From Octopus bimaculoides (lineage: Eukaryota), in NCBI RefSeq assembly GCF_001194135.2, contig NC_068989.1:31729635-31770526 (forward strand): a stretch of DNA of 40,892 nt, in the 5' to 3' direction. Numbering within the stretch: position 1 is the stretch's first letter; each line of letters begins with the position of its first letter. Below the pieces are notes generated by a model. The model searched no databases. It saw nothing but the letters and a program-made list of their open reading frames with translations, and had not been told where the DNA came from. A program made the position numbers and the translations under genes. Below, in pieces: positions 1 through 10,601 of this stretch.

Positions 1-212
1 CGAGCGTGGCCGTTTTCGTGCGGGTGACACGTAAAAGCACCCACTACACTCTCTGAGTGGTTGGCGTTAGGAAGGGCATCCAGCTGTAGAAACTCTGCCA
101 AATCAGACTGGAGCCTGGTGTTGCCATCCGGTTTCACCAGTCCTCAGTCAAATCGTCCAACCCATGCTAGCATGGAAAGCGGACGTTAAACGATGATGAT
201 GATGATGATGAT
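1..212 (+). mobile_element. 3' end of RTE LINE / RTE-derived SINE-like unit with (GAT)n tail
   Basis: Motif GTAAAAGCACCCACTACACTCT..GGTTGGCGTTAGGAAGGGCATCCAGCTGTAGAAAC..CCAACCCATGCTAGCATGGAAA..GTTAAACGATGATGAT. The same unit follows the RTE ORF end at about 12120-12300. Confidence 0.8.
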
Positions 213-1609
213 CTTAGCTACTTCTCTCTTATTACTAGGTCCTATTTGAACAGACCTTGTAGCGTAGCCATCTGTGTCATTACTTTTGTTACTCATATTC
301 TGCCATTCATCCATGAGTAAAAATATTTTTATTTTGAAATATAAATAAAATAACATTTAAAAAAATTATTATTATGAAATTATTTAAATAAATATCAACC
401 TCAATTGAATAAAACAGTAACATGTATTGTTATTTATACATTTATTAAGATGAACACAATCAACCAACTACACTAGTTGCAACGGCACCACACGCATTTT
501 ATTACCTCAGCGCTTGCGTGGTGCATCACAATTAAATATTGTGTGCTTGTGAAATAACATATAAACTGAAATTCAACCCATAGTTTAAGAAGCACTGTAT
601 TAGAGCTTAAAAAATGTCTAGCTGAGGCAAAATGTACTTCAGACAGCTCTATGCTTGTTTTTTTTTAAGATATAAAAACCAAAAACCAAATTTAAAATTG
701 TGCCTAATGCCAGAAATATCAAAAATAGAACAGTAGTAGAACATTAAAAGTCATTTTGGTGTTAATTAGAGAATATATAAAATAATTCTAGAAGCATACT
801 AAATCAAATTCCTCCAAAAAATATTAGAATAATGCCATAGTCAATTATAAAAACTTTAAAAAATACAATAAAAATTTCAAGCCTATCCAGGAAGGAAATG
901 CTAAGTTATGGCTGCGATAACACTGAATAAGAAAATGGTAGAAAAAAAGGGTAGAAATAAGCACTAATGAAATAAAGTAAGATGTTAAGAATTTTAAAAG
1001 GTCTGGAAAGTTTAAGTAGTCCACAAGAGTCAGTTTAGAATAATTTTCATTACATTGAATCTTTTACATGTGGGGGCTATATATTTTTTAATATCTCCAT
1101 GAATAGTGTCTTTTTCTTTTATATATACACATCTCAGAAATTGAGCATTTTAAAGATTTTTTTAGTTGATCATGCTTATAAGATCCTAAGAGTCATGATT
1201 ACTATAATATCTCAATGGCATTAAAGACACACAATTAGAATTATAATAGAAATATTGAAAAATTTTGTGCACATATAATAATAACAAGAGGGAAACAAGA
1301 TGATAAAAAGTTCTAGTCAGAAGTAAAACAACAAAATCAGGAGAAATAGAACATTTATGGAATATACTATGGTATAAAGTTTCCATCTTAGTAAAAGAAC
1401 CACAGTAGGAACTATGAAAAAAAAAAGAGGCAAGTCATAGTCATAAGTAAAGAGCCAGTCAAAAATCTTGTGCAAAGTCTAGTCTAATATGGCTGCCACT
1501 GCTAAAAGTCAGTGTGAATGTAACTTAAATTGACATTAAAAAATGCTCTTGGGGACCATGGTCTAGTGAACCCAAAATAAGCACACGCATGGCAAATAAG
1601 TACCATCAT

Positions 1610-2521
1610 CATCATGAAGTTCCCTTAACTGATACAGCTAGTCATTGGGTCCCACTTGGATGCTTTTGCAGTCAGCCATTGCACTGCTTTTACAGTCAGC
1701 TATTGTCTCTGTTCTCTGTCATGCATAAAAGGGTCACAGTGTTGTGAACTGTCCACTCCCTGATGTTGTCAGACTAAGATTTTCTCTCTACCTCGCTTTC
1801 ACCTTCCCTCAATGGTGCCCTGATGGATGGTTTCTGACAGGAAGTTATGGTGGGATATATGACTATACCAGGCAAGTTTTTTGTCTTTTTACTAAGCAAG
1901 GTGTGGTTCCTATCTGCCAACATATTTCTGCCTGAGAAAGCTATTCATTTTGAGCTATGTGTATGGGATGTGTAATAGCCTTCTGAAGAATCCAAGCTCA
2001 AATGCCTAGATTTTTTCATTCTCACACCTGTACAAAAGGATCAAAGTCACCAGGGACTTGTACATTTTGAGTCTCACTGGAAAAACTAATGGAGTAGCTT
2101 TTCCATAATGGCATTCAGCTTTATCATGGCAGCAGAGGCCAAACTGCATCCTGTTGTTATCTCTTTTTGAGATCTGCCATCCCTGGTCCTGGTGGATCCT
2201 GAGAACTTGAAGGTATCCAGTTCATCAAGATGTTGATTGCTGCTGTGTTCTGGTTGTTACTACTGACCAGGATCTTGCTCTTTTCAGGGCTGCTCTCCAT
2301 CCCATATGCTCCTGATACTTTTTTCACTCTGGTAGTGAGCTCCTGCAGTTCTGATTTACTACTCCCTAACAGATCAATATCATCAGCAAAGTGCAGGTTG
2401 GAAATGGGCCATCCTCCAATGGAAACAGAAGAATGGAAGTCTCGGAGTGCCTCCTGCATGATGTTCTCCAGGATGATGTTGCAAAACATTGGCAAAAGTA
2501 AACAGCCTTGTTGAACACCCA
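1610..2521 (-). mobile_element. RTE-clade (BovB-like) LINE, 3' half of RT to 3' end, decayed
   Basis: ORF 2157-2522 has GVQQGCLL..ISNLHFADDIDLL (RT motifs). The minus strand at about 1750-1835 reads ETIHQGTIEGR..SDNIREWT, a typical RTE C-terminus. Confidence 0.8.
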
Positions 2522-2524
2522 ATA

Positions 2525-2946
2525 TATATAAAACAATGAGTCTAATTAATCACCCCAGCAAAGAAATGCCAAGAATTCTGCTAAACAGACTTAAGGGGAA
2601 GGCAGAAAAAATCCTTGCAAAAGAATAGGAAATATTTAAGCTGAAAAGGAGTACTGTGGAGCAGATATTTAACATCAGACTACTCGCTAAGAAACATCTA
2701 CAGCATCAATCTGACCTCTATCACAACATCATCAACTTTAAAAAAGCCTTTGACCAAGTTAGGCATGATGGGTTGTGGCAGGTAATGAAGAATTACAACT
2801 TCAACAACAACCCCATCAAAGTAATCCAAATACTGTATGGAAACTCAAACAGTGCAGTTCTCCTGAACAACTACATCAGAGAATTCTTGAGAAGAACAAC
2901 AGGTATTCAACAAGGATATCTCCTCTCTCCAGTACTTTTCAACATT
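2525..2946 (+). mobile_element. RTE-clade LINE RT N-terminal fragment, opposite orientation to the neighbouring piece
   Basis: ORF 2656-2997 reads QIFNIRLL..INFKKAFDQV..GIQQGYLLSPVLFNI, matching the RT motifs (D)FxKAFD and GVxQGxxLSP. Confidence 0.8.
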
Positions 2947-3538
2947 AAGTGCCATATTAATTTGTTTCTTAAACTTGAAAAACTTCTTAATTACTAATCT
3001 GAAAAGTTATTACATTCACATTAATAAGCCAAACATTTAAGTATAACATTACACAAATCAGACAAATAAAAAAAAAACCTACAAAAGATGATGATAATAA
3101 TTAATGCATGCTATTCAAAACATCTAAATACTATAACAAATTTACTGCTATATAGTTTATAGACCAGCGATGACATTATTGTGACATAATTTGTTCTCAA
3201 TAGAGAGAAACAAAATTATTATGAGTAATGATGATAAAAAGGTTTTTGACTGAGATGTTTCTGAATGTTTGTAATGTCAATAATCAGCACAACAGTTGTA
3301 ACCATAAATAATTGAAAAGACAAGATAACTGAAACTTTGTTATATTGTATCAAGTCAAATTGGCATCAGGTGTTAACATTCCATATTAGAGCAGCGAATA
3401 AGCAGCATGCAACTATCTGCACATCTAGAACCATCAAAACCACATACTAACAGGAGAAAAATGCTGCAAAGAATTAAAAAATTGCAACAAAATGTCAAAT
3501 AAATGTTAAATTACAGTGTAAAGAATTTAAAATATTAC

Positions 3539-3658
3539 CTTCTCATGAAGTGCTGAAATACTTTCTACTGGTTTTCCATTACCTACAGCAGAAGCAGTTT
3601 CTTTGCTTTGGTTGTAATTTTCTACAGAGATATCTTTTCCTTCTTTAAGCAGCCTGAC
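3539..3658 (-). CDS. GOLGA4: Golgin subfamily A member 4 (golgin-245) coding exon, 40 codons: VRLLKEGKDISVENYNQSKETASAVGNGKPVESISALHEK
   Basis: Acceptor ttttacaacAG and donor GTaata, 120 nt, phase 0/0. It continues KTQ|VRLLK, matching the vertebrate GOLGA4 motif LQTQ|VSLLK as I recall it. Too short for the ORF track. Confidence 0.85.
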
Positions 3659-4564
3659 CTGTTGTAAAAAACACAGTAATTACTCTTTTTATGGTTCCAT
3701 ACACTGTAATTGTACTAGTGTATCATCACCATCAATTACACAGATCACTTGTAAAGAAATTACAGAAATGACATATTTAACAGTCCACTCTACAGAAATA
3801 AATCATAATAAGTAGACAGAAATAATAACTAACTATTACTAGAGTGATAATATCTATGCTGTATTGCTTTTGTTCCTTCCAGTTTAAGCATAGCTAAAGG
3901 TATTCCAGCTGTGAGTATCCTCCTCACATGGTCCAAAGTATCAATTTACATTCTGGAGGTGATCTGGCTGTTGCCAAAAGACGTTTTCTGACATTATCTA
4001 CCAACTTGCATTGGAAGATAAAGTCAGGAAACTTTTTTGACAACAACTCTACTACTATATAATCATTAATTCAATTTAAATTTTATCTATATTGTAAAAC
4101 TTGTTTAGAGATATAGCTAAATACCTTAATTTGAGAGACTGGCAAGCCTACTTCTTGTTAAGTAGTTAGCAATAATAACAAAATTCAACTGCAAAAATGG
4201 AAATAATATGTAAATATAAAAATGTTCAGAACTCATCTTCCATGTGATTTCATGTTAAAAATGAATTAAAACACTATAAGATTATGTTCATGTAGCTGTG
4301 TGAATGTGTATGAAAGAAAGAGAGAATGAGATATGTTGTGGCGTAGTAATGAAAGAGAATGTAAATGTTTATCAACTATGAAGCATAAATTAAGGCACAA
4401 TGTGTCCAATTGGTCATGAGTAGTCCATAAACATCATGAGGGAAAGATTGTGTAAAGATAAGATAAAAGGAGAAAATAACATGTGATATCAGAGGAGAGA
4501 TTGTAGAAATGATGATAGATAAGAACTAAGCAATTGAAGAAATAACTAGCACTCCATCGGATAC

Positions 4565-4864
4565 AATGAGAGTTCCAGCTGATTCGATCAACAGAACAGT
4601 CTACTTGTGAAATTAACATGCAAGTGGTTAAACACTCCACGAACATATGTACACTAAACATAGTTCTCAGGGAGATTCAGCATGACACAGAATGTGACAA
4701 AGCTGGTCCTTTGAAATACAGGTACTACTCATCTTTGCCAGCTGAGTGGACTGGAGTAACATGAAATAAAGTGCCTTGCTCAAGGACACGTGTCACCAGG
4801 AATTGAACTTATGACCTTATGATTGTGAGCTGAATATCTTACCCACTAAGCCATGTGCCTTCAC
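4565..4864 (-). mobile_element. tRNA-derived SINE
   Basis: The minus strand begins GTGAAGGCACATGGCTTAGTGG (A-box-like), then AGTTCAATTCC (B-box-like), then TGTCCTTGAGCAAGGCACTT (conserved SINE central motif). Confidence 0.75.
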
Positions 4865-6574
4865 CCAGGAAATAAGCCAAATTGAATAAAATAACTCAAA
4901 CTGGATGAATCTAAACTAAAGAAAATAATTTAAAGAGAAGATTTTTAGCTTGGACTTGTGATTAGCTGAGTACAAACAAGAATAGTATTATATTCTAGAG
5001 ATATTTGACATTGCATATAAGAATAATTGCACTGAAATGGGTAATTCTTGGTGTGTCAAAAGCTGGTAGCAAATGAAAAATAAGATAAAAGATGAGCTAA
5101 GGAAATTGAAAATGGTGTACAGTTCAGTGCAGCCAGCTGTCTTTTGTGACTGAGTATGGCTTAGTAACATATACTGTACTTTCACTAATTGTTTTAGGTG
5201 TGTATGTAGTTGCAAACAGACATAGACATTGTCTTAACCCCTTCGTTCTTGACCTAGTGGAATATCCAGGATGTTGAGAGAGAGAGAGAGAGAGTAGCAA
5301 CAGCAACCAGCTGAGTAGATTGGAGCAATACAAAATGACATGGAGGATGATGAGCTAACAAATGTTAAGGATAGATACTAAGCCTCTAAAAGAATACTGT
5401 GTGATTAAAGTCTTAGATTTATTAGTTGCTGATTGTTAGCTTATATATGTTTCTGTTTCTCTAAGTGTACTTAGCTAAAAGAAAACACTGAACTATTTGA
5501 TATTTTACATCTAATACACAGAAAGAAATTTATTGGCAATCTCTTATCAAAGCTTAGTCTACTTTTAGAGTATTAAGCAGTCATGTAAGTATAATTATTT
5601 TGATTCAGTGTATCTTTATCTAATTATATTATCTCAATCATCTAATAACTTTAATTATCAATCTCTCTACCTCTCATATTCTTTCCCCTTTCTCTCCTAT
5701 TGAAAGTTTTATTTCTTATCCATTCCCTCTATTATTCTTTTTGCTTTACTTTTCCTTATCCATCCAATTTTGTATAGCTTTATTTCTGTAATTCTCCTGG
5801 GAATTAATAGTGAAACATTTTGTTTCTTTAAAATAACTAGCTAAGATACATGTTGTTGTTCTTCTTACCGCCCCCACCCCCACTACCCTATCAGTCAATT
5901 TGCTGAAAGTCTGGCTTGTTTGTAATTTTACCATTCTGATCAAGTTTGTATATGTCAAACTAACACCTCTCTCTCTCTCTCATATTGACAAGCATCCACT
6001 TAATATTGCTGAACAATCTTGGTCTAAAGGCAAGATGAAGGTCATAGCATTCTTGCATAGTAAACTTGTTACAAATATGAATTCCATGTTCTTGTTTATG
6101 TTACAATTCATGATGCAACATAAATTCTTCATGTGGGAATAAAATAGTGGATAAGTCATTGGGTCTAAGTAACATTAAGCATTATATTATTTTTTGAAGA
6201 AGATTGTTCATTGAATAAATGACTACAGCTCTATTTTGCAGGAGAGCACCATTTCCACCTATAATGTAACATATTTCATAACTTGAGGGAAAGTAGTACC
6301 ACCTTACATCAGGGTATCATCTGAAGTACTACTCCACTGATATGTCTCACTATTAGCACCAAATTTAAGTTAGACAGGCTTACATTTACAAATTCCCCCA
6401 AAACATAGCATAACTTCTTTGGCAAACTTTATAAATAGTGAGTATAACATCAGTGCAACTAAACTATGACACTCTAAGATTCAAGTTTCAGACAAGTCAG
6501 TAGAATGTTGAGCTGAATAACTGGCTTCATACTCTAAAGACCATTTGTAACCAATAAACTAATTGAAAAACTAC

Positions 6575-7391
6575 AGACTTGTAACATAGAGAGCAACTGA
6601 GAATTCTTGCAGGACAGCTTCCTGAGTGCCACAGACCAAATATGCAGCTGGAGCAAAGTTCCATCCAGACCAAGGGTGACATGGTCGTGGAATGATGTTA
6701 TTGATAAGGTCATTAGAGCAAAGAAACAGACCTAGAAGGACTGGAAGTGTTGGGGTAGCAGGAAACTGTATCAGATAGCGAGAAGGGAAGCTAGGAGACA
6801 AGTATATCTTGCCAGAGAAGAAGAGGAAAATAAGAAGTTTGCCTATATTCTGCAACGTGAGGACAAGAGACTTGAAGTGTTTCAGATTGCAAGACAGTGT
6901 GTGAGAGTAAATCATGATGTCATAGGAGAGAAATGTTGCCACTTGGATGATGGTGCATTCGCATTTAATGATACAGCAAAGAAAGAGGCTTGGAAATGCC
7001 ATTATGAAAGGCTGCTAAATGTGGAGAATGAATGGGAAGAGAGTCTGCCAAATGTTGACCCAAATGAAGGGCCAGCTATCTGAATCAACAATATTTTGGT
7101 AGATAAAGCAATCAAGTATATGAAGACAGGGAAAGTTCCCTTGCTTGTCAGGAATTACTGCTGAAATGTTTAAAATAATCTGGCAGAGTAGGATATAGCC
7201 TAGTCACCCATATAGTTAATCAGGTTGTCCACAAGAGAGTCATACCCAAGGATTGGTGTAGTAGCATTATAGTCAACTGCTACAAAGGCAAAGGTGATGT
7301 CTTAGACAGTAATAATAACAAAGGTATCAAATTGCTGGACCAGGTGATGAAGGTCACAGAATGGGCCATAGCATGATTAATTAGGAAGAGA
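6575..7391 (+). mobile_element. RTE LINE fragment (EN-RT linker to RT start), left part of an element interrupted at 7391/10602
   Basis: ORF 6877-7083 ..KEAWKCHYERLLNVENEWE.., followed by GITAEM..KGKGD..GIKLLDQVMKVTE..LIRKR, which ends abruptly at 7391. Confidence 0.85.
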
Positions 7392-7398
7392 TTTCATT

Positions 7399-8253
7399 AT
7401 CTATGTAAACACAGTTTCATCTTCCATGCCGTATGTTTAGAGAAAAAAAACTTAAGATCCCTATGCTCAGTTCAACTCTCCTTCTTTCTCCCTTCTCCCT
7501 CTCTTTCACACTGATTTATTATTGTCATTTATTCATTCATTTATCTAATTTTGTCACAGTTTGGCTGACTGAAAACTCTTGGTTATAGCTCTAGTTAATA
7601 ATGCAAATGCCCAATTCTATCTCATTATTATTGTTACTATTCTTTCACACTAGCAGCAGCAATATTAAACCCATTCGTTCAATTATGTCACCTTAACTCC
7701 CCAAATTCCGTCTCCTCGTGTTCTGTCTTCAACCAGCCTAACTTTGGTTTCTCTCTCCCAGTTTCTTTAACCACTTGCTTCTTCCAACACTTTACCTATG
7801 ATCCCCCACCCCACCCCAGCCCTACCTTATATAAACTAGTACATTCAGATTCAACCTACCTCATATTTTAATACCTTGCCACAGGGAGTAGAAATCAGAT
7901 GTTCAGGTTAGCAATTTTACTTTCCAACCTAGCACACATCTAAAACCTCTTTTTCAGCGAAAATTATAATTATTTTATTATTTCATTTCATTATCTATCT
8001 ATTTCAATATCTATGTAAACACAGTTTTGTCTTCCATGCCGTATGTTTAGAGGAACAAACTTAAGATCCCTACACTCAATCCAACTCTTTCTTCCTTCTC
8101 CCTCTCTTTCACGCTCATTTATTATTGTCATTTATTCACTCATTTATCTAATTTTGTCACAGTTTTGCTAACCAAAAACTCTTGGTTATAGCTCTAGTTA
8201 AGAATGCAATTGCCCAATTCTATCTCATTATTATCATTACTATTCTTTCACAC
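7399..8253 (+). repeat. Two ~250-bp direct repeats (7399-7650 and 8009-8253), probably a duplicated RTE 5' region
   Basis: Both start ATCTATGTAAACACAGTTT..CTTCCATGCCGTATGTTTAGAG and end ..TATTCTTTCACAC, with a period of 610 bp. Confidence 0.85.
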
Positions 8254-10034
8254 CAGGAGCCTGAGTTTTTGCTGCTTCACAGTGCGCCCGCCCACCGCTT
8301 GTACCAGAAGTTTCTATCCTCTGACCTTTATCGGATGCCTTTCCCATGAGCACTTCTAAAGGTATAATGTTCCCCCATCCCTACTTAGGGTTTATTTCCT
8401 ATGTAATGTAGTGATCATATAGCACATAAAATGGTGTAGTGTATGCAGGCTGAAAACTATTGTATGTTTATGAGCTCTGCCAAATGAGAGCTTTCTTTTC
8501 AGGTACATGATGCTGCTGTCCCCCATCCCAAGGACCTCGCGGGCCCACACCTCCCACACCCTCAGAGTTGGCACACTTAATGTTGGCACACTGAAGAGTA
8601 GGTCTGGTAAGATGCTTGAATGGAGATGTGTAGATTTGTGCTGCATCCAAGAAGTAAGGTGGAAAGGAAGTTTTGCTAGGTTCCTCACAGGCAAAGAACA
8701 TAGGGATAAGATTTTCTGGGCAGGGGACACTGATGGGGTCGGGGGCGTGGGTATACTTCTTGTGGAGAAATAGGTTGATAAGGTAATCAAGGTAATCAGA
8801 GTCTGTGATAGAATACTTAAGATTATATTAATGCTGCAACATGGGTAGGGGTAGGGGTCCACCAAAGATCAGTCCTCAGCCTTCTCTTATTCATCACAGT
8901 CCTCCAAGCAATAACAGAGGAATTCAAAACAGGCTGCCCCTGAGAGCTCCTCTAGGCTGATGACCTTGCTCTAAAAGCCGAGTCACTGCCAGAGCTAGAA
9001 ACGAAGTTTAGAGTGTGGAAGCAAGATCTAGAATTGAAGGGCCTTAGGGTTAACCTAGCAAAAACCAAAGTCTTAGTAAGTAGGAAGGCAGACAAATCAC
9101 AAACCACTCCAGGTAGATGGCCCTGCTTGATCTGTAGAAAAAGCATAGATAGAAACTCCATAAGATGTACCCAGTGTAAGTTATGGACACATCACATGTG
9201 CAGCAATATCAAAGGAAGGCTAACTGGAAAGATAGTTTTTGTGTGTGGCAAATGCTCAGTGGCAATAAACACTGAAAATGTGCAGAAAACAGCTTCCATC
9301 ACATGCCAAGGAGAAAAAACTAGAAGTAGTTGATAGTTTCTGTTACCTAGGTGACCAAGTCAGTAGCAATGGTGGCTGCTCTGAGACTGTAGCTGCTAGA
9401 ATAAGAATAGCCTGGGCAAAGTTAAGAGAGCTCCTACCTCTGCTGGTAACAAAGGGTCTCTCACTTAGGATGAAAGGCAGACTGCATGACACGTGTGCAA
9501 ACAGCTATGCTACATGGCAGTGAAACATAGGCCATGACTGCTGAGAACATGCATAAGCTTGCAAGAAATGAAGCTAGTATGCTCCGCTGGATGTGTAATG
9601 TCAGTGTGCATGCATGACAGAGTGTAAGTGCCATGACAGAAAAGTTGGACATAAGAAACATCAGATGTGGTGTGCAAGAGAGACGACTGCGCTGGTATGG
9701 TCATGTGTTGTGTATGGATGAGGACAGCTATGTGAAAAAATGTCATACCCCAGCAGTAGAGGGAACCTGTGGAAGAGGTAGACCCAGGAAGACCTGGGAT
9801 GAGGTGGTAAAGCCTGACCTTTGAACGTGGAGCCTCACAGAGGCAATGACAAGTGACCGAGACCTTTAGAGATATGCTGTGCTTGAGAAAACCCGGCAAG
9901 CCAAGTGAGACTGTAACTGTGGCCTATGCTAGTGCAGCATAACCTGCCCATTTAAGAGTACCCTTCAATCATTGGGTGATAAACTGCGCTTGCGAAGACC
10001 TGTTGAGTCAAGTGAAGTCATTGTCATGGCCAAT

Positions 10035-10286
10035 GCCAGTACCAACTAATTGGCACCCGTGCTGGTAGTACGTAAAAAGCGCCATTCAAGCATGGTTGAT
10101 GCCAGTGCCACCTGACTGGCTCCTGTGCTGGTGGAATGTAAAAAGCATCAATCAGGCATGTTGTTGTCAGTGCCACCTGACTGGCTCCCATGCTGGTGGC
10201 ATGTAAAAAGTACCATTCAAGTATAATCGATGCCAGTACTGCCTGACTGGCCCTTATGCCGGTGGCATGTAAAAAGCACCCAATAC
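10035..10286 (+). repeat. Four ~66-bp tandem units in the RTE 3' UTR
   Basis: Units start at 10035, 10101, 10166 and 10232. Each approximates GCCAGTnnnnnnnnACTGGC..GCTGGTGGCATGTAAAAAGCACC. Confidence 0.85.
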
Positions 10287-10531
10287 NNNNNNNNNNNNNN
10301 NNNNNNNNNNNNNNNNNNNNNNNNNNNNNNNNNNNNNNNNNNNNNNNNNNNNNNNNNNNNNNNNNNNNNNNNNNNNNNNNNNNNNNNNNNNNNNNNNNNN
10401 NNNNNNNNNNNNNNNNNNNNNNNNNNNNNNNNNNNNNNNNNNNNNNNNNNNNNNNNNNNNNNNNNNNNNNNNNNNNNNNNNNNNNNNNNNNNNNNNNNNN
10501 NNNNNNNNNNNNNNNNNNNNNNNNNNNNNNN
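10287..10531. other. Assembly gap (245 N)
   Basis: Run of N. Confidence 1.

Positions 10532-10599
<68 letters not shown>
10532..10599 (+). repeat. (GAT)n microsatellite, the 3' tail of the nested RTE
   Basis: Pure GAT run. The same tail ends the copy at 1-212. Confidence 0.95.
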
Positions 10600-10600
<1 letters not shown>

Positions 10601-10601
10601 A

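Larger units (their letters stand above)
7392..10601 (+). mobile_element. Internally deleted RTE LINE (putative 5' UTR, AP endonuclease start, RT C-half with PHD insert, 3' UTR, (GAT)n tail) nested in another RTE
   Basis: EN motifs GTLNVGTL..CCIQEVRWKG..GGVGILL (8507-8773). It jumps at about 8845 to GVHQ.SVLS..ADDL, then RRLRWYGHVLCM..GRGRPRKTW and the 3' unit, and ends in (GAT)n. Confidence 0.8.

Noticed and set aside
40-110. HDV-like ribozyme in the conserved AGGAAGGGCATCC unit
   Set aside because: I could not build the nested double pseudoknot on either strand by eye.
4565-4864. tRNA gene
   Set aside because: A/B-box-like motifs are present, but there is no cloverleaf and the sequence continues into a SINE body.
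10035-10286. CRISPR-like appearance of regularly spaced palindromic units
   Set aside because: The units are contiguous tandem repeats without unique spacers, in a eukaryotic LINE 3' UTR, with no cas genes.
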